Shown piece by piece: positions 8,430 to 15,158 of a stretch of 15,158 nt of DNA. Position 1 is the first letter of the stretch. Each line of letters begins with the position of its first letter. The position numbers and the translations under genes were made by a program. Location: positions 1 through 15,158 of the forward strand of contig JANPEF010000069.1 of assembly GCA_031431875.1 (NCBI GenBank). Reading direction: 5' to 3'. The DNA is from Candidatus Eiseniibacteriota bacterium (lineage in GTDB: Bacteria; Eisenbacteria; RBG-16-71-46; DASYSL01). A model generated the notes under the pieces. That model searched no databases. It saw only the letters and a list, made by a program, of their open reading frames with translations, and had not been told where the DNA came from.

Positions 8430-8492
8430 CCCCAAAACCTCGTTGAAGCGGACAGGCCCTGACGGGCATGCTGCTTAAGTCAAACGATCGGC
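8430..8492 (+). other. Degenerate integron attC-like recombination site
   Basis: CCCCAAA-ACCTCG-TTGAAGCGGACAGGCCC-TGAC-GGGCATGCTGCTTAA-GTCAAAC-GATCGGC. attC-like spacing and imperfect palindrome with unpaired bases, but the cores deviate from RYYYAAC and GTTRRRY. Confidence 0.6.
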
Positions 8493-8519
8493 GGACCATG
8501 ATTGAGCACGGCTAGGGCC

Positions 8520-9773
8520 ATGGCGAAAACAGCACCACGAGAAACCACTCACAAGCGGGTTGGAGGGTCCAGTCATTCGACGGACGTTCCAACCAAAGCG
8601 GAGAGCAATCCAATGAATCGAGGGCTGGGCGCCGCGAAGACGGCCAAGAAGGATGAGTTCTACACCCAGTACGTGGACATCCAAAAGGAAGTCGAAGCCT
8701 ACCTCGAGTTCGACCCTGACACCTTCCGCAACAGAATCATCTACTGCAACTGCGACGACCCCTTTGAGAGCAATTTCTTCAAGTACTTCGCCGCTAACTT
8801 CAACAGACTCAGCCTGAAGAAACTCATCACCACCAGCTACGACGGCTCGCCCATCGCCGGCCAGGGCACGTTGTTCCCGGAATACAGCGAGGGCAACGGC
8901 AGGCGGCAAAAGCCCAAGGCCCTGGCCGTCATCCTCGACCACGTGAAGGACGAGGACGGCGACGGCGCGGCCAACGTGATCGACGTCGCCCTCTTCCTCA
9001 AGCGCAACAAGGCAGCCCGCATCGCCCTCAAGGGCAACGACCAATACCCCGGCGGCGACTTCCGCAGCCCCGAGTGCGTTGCGTTCCTCAAAGAGGCCGA
9101 CATTGTCGTCACCAACCCGCCGTTCTCGCTGTTTCGGGAGTACATCGCACAACTGATCGAGCATAAAAAGAAGTTGCTGGTCATCGGGAATCTAAACGCG
9201 ATCAAATACAAGGTGGTCTTTCCGAGTTTTCAGGCCGACAAGCTTTGGCTCGGTCCAACCATCACCAGTGGAGATCGAGAATTTCAGGTCCCAGCTAGTT
9301 ACCCCCTCAATGCCGCGGGATGGCGAGTTGATGAAGACGGAACCAAATTCATAAGAGTGAAGGGTGTGAGGTGGTTCACCAACTTGGATCATGGCCGTCG
9401 CCACCAGCCCCTGAGCCTAATGACTATGGCGGAGAATCGAAAGTTCAACAAGAAGCTTGCAGGGAAGGGCGCCTACGACCGTTTCGATAACTACGAGGCG
9501 ATCGAAGTTCCCTTTACCGACGCCATACCCAGTGACTACGAGGCCACCATGGGCGTCCCAATCAGTTTTCTTGACAAATACTCGCCGGAGCAGTTTGAAG
9601 TCATTTGGCAGGCGAGCGGCAACACTCGTGCGTCAACTCCGGAAAACGTTCTGAAACAAATGGGTTATACTCCGCATCCTGACGACCGAGGCGGCTGCGC
9701 GATTCTAGCTGGACGAAGGACCTACGACAGAATATTCATCCGTCGCCGCCGCAAAGCGGGGAGGAAGAAGTGA
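8520..9773 (+). CDS. EcoRI-family adenine-specific DNA methyltransferase (start uncertain: 8502, 8520 or 8613)
   Basis: Motifs [38 protein letters not shown]...[25 protein letters not shown] and [16 protein letters not shown]. Confidence 0.92.
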   Translation: MAKTAPRETTHKRVGGSSHSTDVPTKAESNPMNRGLGAAKTAKKDEFYTQYVDIQKEVEAYLEFDPDTFRNRIIYCNCDDPFESNFFKYFAANFNRLSLKKLITTSYDGSPIAGQGTLFPEYSEGNGRRQKPKALAVILDHVKDEDGDGAANVIDVALFLKRNKAARIALKGNDQYPGGDFRSPECVAFLKEADIVVTNPPFSLFREYIAQLIEHKKKLLVIGNLNAIKYKVVFPSFQADKLWLGPTITSGDREFQVPASYPLNAAGWRVDEDGTKFIRVKGVRWFTNLDHGRRHQPLSLMTMAENRKFNKKLAGKGAYDRFDNYEAIEVPFTDAIPSDYEATMGVPISFLDKYSPEQFEVIWQASGNTRASTPENVLKQMGYTPHPDDRGGCAILAGRRTYDRIFIRRRRKAGRKK

Positions 9774-10936
9774 AAACCACCCTGCGTACCGACCTCACTG
9801 TCGCCGATATCTGCAACGGTTTTGTCTACAACCAACTCGAAGGCAAAGGCCTCTTCGGCCTGGGCGGGACGCTCACCATCCAGCCGGAGTATCAGCGGAA
9901 CTACATCTACGCCGAGGGGGGTGGAAAGCGCGAGCAGGCGGTCATTCACTCGCTGCTGAAGGGGTATCCGCTCGGGCTGATCTATTTCAACAAGGTCGCG
10001 GCGGACAAGTTCGAAGTGCTGGACGGCCAGCAGCGCATCACCAGTGTCGGGCGGTTCGTCACGAACAAGTTCGCGGTCATGGACGGCAACAACCCGCAGT
10101 ACTTCGACAGCCTCCCCGCCGACCAGCAGACCCGGATCAAGGACGCGAAGCTGCTGATCTACGAGTGCGAGGGGACGGAGACCGAGATCAAGCTGTGGTT
10201 CGAGACGATCAATATCGCCGGCGTACCGCTAAACGCGCAGGAGCTTTTGAACGCCATCTATTCCGGCCCGTTCGTCACCAAGGCCAAGGAGGAGTTCAGC
10301 AACAGCCATAACGCCAAGATCCAAAAATGGAGCGCCTACATCAAGGGCAGTGCAAACCGGCAGGACTACTTGGAGCGGGCACTGGACTGGGTGAGCAGGG
10401 GGGATATCGGCGGCTACATGAGTGCCCAGCGCAACGATAAGAGCATCAACGAACTGAAGGCCTATTTCAACGCTGTGATCGATTGGCTTTCCACCGTGTT
10501 CCCGGATGTTCTACACGAGATGCGCGGCCTGGAGTGGGGCAGACTGTACGAAACGTACCACAGCAAATCCTACGATCCGGGGAAGATGTCGGCCGCAGTC
10601 CAGAAGCTCGCGGCTGACGACTGCATCACGGATCGCAGGGGAATCTTCGAATTCCTCCTGGGCGGTTCGACCGACAAGAAGCTGCTGGCCGTGCGGGTGT
10701 TCGACGGCAAGACGAAGCGGGTCGCGTACAACAAGCAGACGCAGGAGGCGCAGGCGAAGGGCAAGTCCAACTGCCCGCTGTGCGCGGTCGGCGAGAACGC
10801 CAACAAGGGCAGGATCTACAATCTTGACGATATGGACGCCGATCACGTTTCCGCGTGGAGCAAGGGCGGCGACAGCTCGCCCGAGAATTGCCAAATGCTC
10901 TGCACTACCCACAATCGCGCCAAAGGCAATCGATAG
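9770..10936 (+). CDS. DUF262 (GmrSD/ParB-like) plus C-terminal HNH endonuclease (388 aa)
   Basis: [42 protein letters not shown], and [12 protein letters not shown]....NCQMLC..HNRAK. The GTG start overlaps the methyltransferase stop (GTGA). Confidence 0.92.
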   Translation: MKTTLRTDLTVADICNGFVYNQLEGKGLFGLGGTLTIQPEYQRNYIYAEGGGKREQAVIHSLLKGYPLGLIYFNKVAADKFEVLDGQQRITSVGRFVTNKFAVMDGNNPQYFDSLPADQQTRIKDAKLLIYECEGTETEIKLWFETINIAGVPLNAQELLNAIYSGPFVTKAKEEFSNSHNAKIQKWSAYIKGSANRQDYLERALDWVSRGDIGGYMSAQRNDKSINELKAYFNAVIDWLSTVFPDVLHEMRGLEWGRLYETYHSKSYDPGKMSAAVQKLAADDCITDRRGIFEFLLGGSTDKKLLAVRVFDGKTKRVAYNKQTQEAQAKGKSNCPLCAVGENANKGRIYNLDDMDADHVSAWSKGGDSSPENCQMLCTTHNRAKGNR

Positions 10937-10959
10937 CATGGGGCGTATCGCCGCCCAGC

Positions 10960-11129
10960 GGGAGGAGCGTGCTGGGCGCTGACGCCGCGTAGGACACGCG
11001 GGCGACCAGGGCGAAGTTGTCTTCCGCGCGGTCTGCGGCGCAGGGCCCGACGACCATGACGGTCCCGCCTGGTGCGAGGACTGAGCGTGCGTGCCGCGCA
11101 GCTTCCACAGGATCTCCCGGGCCATGTAG
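10960..11129 (-). pseudogene. Internal fragment of a class I SAM-dependent methyltransferase
   Basis: LHGPGDPVEAARHARSVLAPGGTVMVVGPCAADRAEDNFALVARVSYAAS resembles the LHD.GDP..A......L.P.G..M.VEP segment of Rv2258c-like methyltransferases. No N-terminal SAM-binding motif is present. Confidence 0.6.
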
Positions 11130-11388
11130 GGCGCGATCCGCTAGCTATTCCGCGATCACCAACACCCGCCGCGCCACCAAGACCCCGAACAACCTGCTTG
11201 GAGTCCACAGCTAGCCTAGGCGGCGGCGCAGGTAGCTCCCCTGATCGCGAAACTACTCGGCAATGGTTAGTGGCTGAGGCCTGTCGGGATCACAGCGGCT
11301 CCGCCGAATTCTCGACTCTTGAAGCCGGGCGGCGGTTGCTGAGCGGCCCTCTCGAGTCCGGGATCGGTTACACCCGGGTTACAGTTCC

Positions 11389-11955
11389 TCAGCAGGAAGC
11401 GGCGACGCTGAGACACGTGATGAGCAGTCCGACAGCGGTGAGGAGAACAGCAACGAGCAATGACATCTGTGCCCAGCCCACCCAACCAGCCTTCTTTGAA
11501 TTAATCGCGTCCACTTCTGCGCTCGCCGCATCAAAATTGCGCGCGTGGTCGAATACCAGCTCGCGGATCCGCGTCTTGAACTCAGCGGGCGTATGGGACG
11601 CCGCGATAAGGGCTTCGGCGCGCTCACGGAAGTGATCGGACGTTTCCAGGGTCACCACAGTGCGGACGAGCAGCGCGGCAATTGCGGTCACAATGGAGAC
11701 CAGCATGCCTGCTCCCGCCAGCGCGAACCACGCGATGCTGCAAGGGGGGAGGGACCCGAAGGAGCGAACAAGGGCAAAGCCCCCACCCAGGAAGATTCCG
11801 GCGATAGCTATCGTGCCCTGGGCCTTCTGCTCAATGTCGCGCCAAGTCTCGTTGCTCTCGTCGTATTCGCGTCTCGCATGGTCCAGTACGAGTCTGGCGA
11901 TCGACTTGTGCAAGTCGTCCATGACGTCGGCTGCCTCCTCCTCCGGTGCGGTCAT
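11389..11955 (-). CDS. Hypothetical membrane protein with ~3 TM helices (alternative start 11922 with GAGGAGG upstream)
   Basis: Hydrophobic segments GTIAIAGIFLGGGFALV, IAWFALAGAGMLVSIVTAIAALLV and MSLLVAVLLTAVGLLITCLSVA, separated by a charged helical loop. Confidence 0.75.
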   Translation of the reverse strand: MTAPEEEAADVMDDLHKSIARLVLDHARREYDESNETWRDIEQKAQGTIAIAGIFLGGGFALVRSFGSLPPCSIAWFALAGAGMLVSIVTAIAALLVRTVVTLETSDHFRERAEALIAASHTPAEFKTRIRELVFDHARNFDAASAEVDAINSKKAGWVGWAQMSLLVAVLLTAVGLLITCLSVAASC

Positions 11956-11997
11956 GCCATGGTGTTTCGGCAAATGTGCCCGCGGCTTGAGGACGTT

Positions 11998-12111
11998 TCA
12001 CTGGGGGGACGGGGCTTCCGGCTCTGAGGGGGCCGGGATCCACGCCTCGGGCGGGAAGAAGCACGGCTCGGCGAGCAGGATGCAGCCCAGCTCGAAGCTG
12101 CCGTCCGGATC
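11998..12111 (-). pseudogene. Possible remnant of the N-terminal region of an HNH-type putative restriction endonuclease
   Basis: A startless frame reads DPDGSFELGCILLAEPCFFPPEAWIPAPSE, resembling a GC..L..P.FF....WIP.P motif I recall from such proteins. Confidence 0.4.
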
Positions 12112-12204
12112 GGTGGGTTTGTGCTTTGATCAGCGACAATTAGAACTCCCGCCCGCATTGACTCACCCCTTCTGCTACCGAGAGGGGGGTGCGTGTTTCG
12201 GAGC

Positions 12205-12321
12205 ATCGTGAACACCCAGATCGGACCATCGTGAACGCCTGGATCGGGATCGTGAACGGCTAGATCGGCATCGTGAACACCCGGATCGGGATCGTGAACG
12301 GGTAGATCGGTGATCGTGAAC
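12205..12321 (+). repeat. Six tandem ATCGTGAAC-N5-GATCGG units in the IS21 left end (transposase-binding repeats; last unit core only)
   Basis: ATCGTGAAC at 12205, 12228, 12249, 12270, 12291 and 12313. Two inverted copies occur at the right end (14735, 14757). Confidence 0.9.
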
Positions 12322-12412
12322 AGGCCACCCTGCCGCCGAACGGGGCGGGTGCCGGGCCTGGAGCGACGCTGGGGAGTCCAGTTGTCCACCCACCCCTCGA
12401 AGGAGGGCCTGG

Positions 12413-13951
12413 ATGGCGACCGAGCGACTGCCCATGCGCAAGATCCGAGAGATTCTCCGCCACAAGTGGGTTGGAGGCCGGAGCCACCGCGATGTCGCGG
12501 CCGCCCTGCGCATCAGTGTGGGTGCGGTCTCTGCCGTCGAGCGACGGGCCCGGGAGGCCGGTCTCGATGCGGCGACCGTCGAGGCTCTGGGCGACGACGC
12601 GCTCGAGGCTCGTCTCTACGGCACCACGGCCGCCGAGCGCCGTCGCGTGCTCCCCGATCCCGTGTTCATCCACACCGAGCGCAAGAAACCCGGCGTCACG
12701 CTCGAGCTGCTGCATCAGGAGTACCTGGAGCGTCATCCGGACGGCTATCGCTACACGCAGTTCTGCGAGCACTACCGGCGGTGGTGCAAGGACCGGCGGC
12801 TCTCGATGCGCCAGGTTCATTACGCCGGCGAGAAGCTCTTCGTCGACTACGCTGGGAAGAAGCCGTCCGTCACGGACCCGGTCACCGGCGAGATCCGCGA
12901 AGTCGAACTGTTCGTCGCCGTCCTTGGTGCCTCGAACTTCACCTTCGTCGAGGCCACCGCGAGCCAGCAGATCGCCGACTGGATCGGCAGTCACGTTCGC
13001 GCCCTCGAGTTCCTCGGCGGCGTGCCCCAGGCGATCGTTCCCGACCAACTGAAGACCGGCGTCACCCGCGCGTGCCGGTACGAGCCCGAACTGCAACGTA
13101 GTTACGAGGAGCTCGCCCGCCACTACGGCACGGTGATCTTGCCTGCGCGCCCGGCTTCGCCCAAGGACAAGGCCAAGGCGGAGGTCGGCGTCCAGATCGC
13201 CGAGCGGTGGATCCTGGCGCGCCTGCGCCACGAGGTGTTCTTCTCCCTCGCCGCGTTGAACCTGCGCATCCTCGAGCTCCTGGACGAACTCAACGCGCGC
13301 GCCATGCGGCACTACCGCACCAGCCGCCGCGCGCTCTTCGAGCAACTCGATCGGCCGGCGCTGAAGCATCTGCCCGAGACTCGCTACGAGCACTCGCTCT
13401 GGAAGTTCGTGCGGCCCGGGCTCGACTACCACGTCGAGTTCGATCACCACTACTACAGCGTTCCGTTCACTCTGCGCCACGAGAAGCTCGACCTGCGTTC
13501 GACTTCGAGCACGGTCGAGATCTTCAGGAAGGGTGAGCGCGTCGCGTCGCATCTGCGGAGTTCCCTGCGCGGGCGCCACACCACCGTCACGGAGCACATG
13601 CCGAAGAGCCACCAGGCGCATCTCGAGTGGTCGCCCGAGCGCATCGCGCGTTGGGCCGCGACGATCGGCCCTTCCACCCGCGCCCTGGTCGAGGCGATCT
13701 TCGCCGACCGTCCACACCCGGAGCAGGGCTACCGCTCCTGTCTGGGCATCCTGCGTCTGGCCAAGCGTTACGGCGACACCCGGCTGGAAGTCGCCTCCGG
13801 GCGGGCCCTTGCCGCGCGCGCGCGCTCCTATCGGCATGTTGAATCGATCTTGAAGCACGGACTCGACCGGGTGCCCGCCCCGGACGCGAGTCCCGACGAC
13901 GTCGCGGCCATCGCGCACGTCAACCTGCGCGGGCGCGACTACTACCGCTGA
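12413..13951 (+). CDS. istA: IS21 transposase IstA (512 aa)
   Basis: MRKIREILR HTH, AGEKLFVDYAG, FVAVLGASNFTF, VPDQLKTGV, PKDKAKAEVGVQIAERWILARLR. GGAGG RBS upstream. Confidence 0.96.
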   Translation: MATERLPMRKIREILRHKWVGGRSHRDVAAALRISVGAVSAVERRAREAGLDAATVEALGDDALEARLYGTTAAERRRVLPDPVFIHTERKKPGVTLELLHQEYLERHPDGYRYTQFCEHYRRWCKDRRLSMRQVHYAGEKLFVDYAGKKPSVTDPVTGEIREVELFVAVLGASNFTFVEATASQQIADWIGSHVRALEFLGGVPQAIVPDQLKTGVTRACRYEPELQRSYEELARHYGTVILPARPASPKDKAKAEVGVQIAERWILARLRHEVFFSLAALNLRILELLDELNARAMRHYRTSRRALFEQLDRPALKHLPETRYEHSLWKFVRPGLDYHVEFDHHYYSVPFTLRHEKLDLRSTSSTVEIFRKGERVASHLRSSLRGRHTTVTEHMPKSHQAHLEWSPERIARWAATIGPSTRALVEAIFADRPHPEQGYRSCLGILRLAKRYGDTRLEVASGRALAARARSYRHVESILKHGLDRVPAPDASPDDVAAIAHVNLRGRDYYR

Positions 13952-13965
13952 TGGAGGATCACGGC

Positions 13966-14712
13966 ATGCTCAACAACTCGACGCTCGAGAAGCTCTCGGC
14001 CCTGCGCCTGCCCGAGATGGCCGCGGCCTGGCAGGAACAGCAACGCCGCACCGACCACGACACGCTCACCTTCGACGAACGCTTCGGACTCCTGGTCGAT
14101 GCCCTGTAGCTCGGCCGGGAGAACCGCCGGCTCGAACGCTCGCTCAAGGAGGCCCGGCTCCGGCTCACCCAGGCCAGCCTCGAGGCCATCGAACATCGGC
14201 CTCATCGTCCGCTGAACAAGCCGCACCTGCGTCAGCTCGCCACCGGCCGCTGGATCGCCGAGCATCACAACGTCGTCGTGACCGGGCCGACTGGCACCGG
14301 CAAGACGTTCCTCGCTTGCGCACTGGCCCATCAGGCGTGCCGCACCGGGTCCCGCGTGCTCTATCGCCGGATGCCGCGGCTGTTCGAAGAACTCACGCTC
14401 GCCCACGCCGACGGCAGCTACACGCGACTGCTGGCTCGGATGGCGCGGATCGACGTTCTTGTGCTCGATGACTGGGGGCTGGCGCCACTGCGCGATCAGG
14501 ATCGGCGAGACCTGCTCGAGATCTTCGAGGACCGCTACGGCATGCGCTCCACGATCCTCACCAGCCAGTTGCCGATCGAACACTGGCATGATCATCTCGG
14601 AGAGGCTACCGTGGCCGACGCGATCTGCGACCGGCTGCTGCACAACGCCCACCGGATCGCTCTCGAAGGGCCGTCCTGGAGAAAGGAGGAGAGCGCTCAA
14701 CTCAACGACTGA
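13966..14712 (+). pseudogene. istB: IS21 helper ATPase IstB with in-frame amber stop at codon 48 (14107-14109)
   Basis: GGAGG RBS. MLNNSTLEKLSALRLPEMA...FDERFGLLVDAL*LGRENRRL continues in frame to Walker A GPTGTGKT, Walker B VLVLDDWG and ADAICDRLLHNAHRI. Confidence 0.92.
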
Positions 14713-14927
14713 ATCCCCAGCGTCGCTCCGCTCCGTTCACGATGACCGATCGGGGTGTTCACGATGGCCGAAATACGCAGCCCGGCTCCCGCGGGTCGGC
14801 GAGTCGGTGTGACTCGGGTGGACTACCGCCCCGGGCGACGGGTTCGCAGCTGACCCGCCACGGTCTGCGCACCGGCAGCCCGCCCGTTGATGATTCCCGA
14901 GCGATCAACGTGCCAGATTTGCTCGGG

Positions 14928-15012
14928 ATGGTTCTGAAAAACCTCAGTTCAGAGGGGGGAATGGTTCTGCAAAACTATCGGGGATGGGGTCCCATGGTTC
15001 TGAAAACTGACA
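14928..15012 (+). mobile_element. Orphan transposon-like right end with three ATGGTTCTG(C)AAAA repeats, ending ...CTGACA
   Basis: Repeats start at 14928, 14961 and 14994 (33-bp period). Read inward, the terminus is TGTCAGTTTTCAGAACCAT. No matching left end was seen in the window. Confidence 0.55.
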
Positions 15013-15158
15013 GACCGACGTCCGAGTCCATCAGCGGAAGCTCCCTCAAACTCTTCGTCTACGGGTGGTTGTCAGAGCTTGTCAATGCGCCGGGCCCAGA
15101 GCGCGTGCCGAGCTGGATGATGGACTCCGGTCTGTTCGATGTCGTGAAGGGTGCCCGC
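15013..15158 (+). other. Startless open frame running off the window; probable gene interrupted by the upstream element
   Basis: PTSESISGSSLKLFVYGWLSELVNAPGPERVPSWMMDSGLFDVVKGAR with no stop, beginning right at the transposon-like terminus. Confidence 0.35.

Larger units (their letters stand above)
12190..14779 (+). mobile_element. IS21-family insertion sequence (2590 bp)
   Basis: TG...CA ends. IRL TGCGTGTTTCGGAGCATCGTGAACACCCAGATCGG versus IRR (reverse complement) TGCGTATTTCGGCCATCGTGAACACCCCGATCGG. Encloses istA and istB. Confidence 0.95.

Noticed and set aside
10942..10986. Hairpin (CGCCCAGC/GCTGGGCG) after the HNH gene as an intrinsic terminator or attC
   Set aside because: It has no U-tract and no attC cores, and it partly overlaps the methyltransferase remnant.
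11141..11220. Three CTAG sites as IS630 excision scars
   Set aside because: No IR remnants or other support; cannot be distinguished from chance.
12205..12321. Possible CRISPR array
   Set aside because: The period is only 21-23 bp with ~5-nt variable parts, there are no cas genes, and the same motif is inverted at the other end of the IS21 element.
12260..13918. Long antisense or alternate-frame ORFs (also 1..1224, 1399..2700, 8475..9164, 13942..14700)
   Set aside because: They overlap well-supported genes, lack recognisable motifs and are expected shadows in high-GC DNA.
14278..14712. 144-aa stand-alone ATPase
   Set aside because: It is the in-frame distal part of istB after the amber stop.
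15023..15128. 10-bp inverted repeat GAGTCCATCA/TGATGGACTC as a MITE
   Set aside because: It lies inside an open frame, has no target duplication and is cut off from context by the window edge.

Overview
High-GC bacterial accessory/defence hotspot. From left to right: a secreted SGNH-like hydrolase with a C-terminal FlgD-Ig/sorting-like domain; a type IV toxin-antitoxin pair (abiEi-abiEii, minus strand) with a long operator-like inverted repeat; an intact Ser/Thr kinase-TolB-like-TPR gene. A second, degraded copy of the same layout follows: a 71-bp copy of the hydrolase 3' end, a DUF2200 pseudogene and a kinase cut after 66 codons. A lower-GC defence block begins at the kinase breakpoint: a Cys/His-finger TIR gene split by a complete IS630 element, a degenerate integron attC-like site, an EcoRI-family adenine methyltransferase coupled to a DUF262-HNH nuclease, gene remnants and a 3-TM membrane protein. 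The window ends with a complete IS21 element (istA intact, istB with an amber stop, no target duplication) and an orphan transposon-like end preceded by a candidate pseudoknot. The most notable signal is a repeated unit of [hydrolase tail]-[variable minus-strand cargo]-[kinase], suggesting a kinase-flanked slot that exchanges defence cargo without a local integrase. Family calls rest on motif recognition by eye; no database searches were run.
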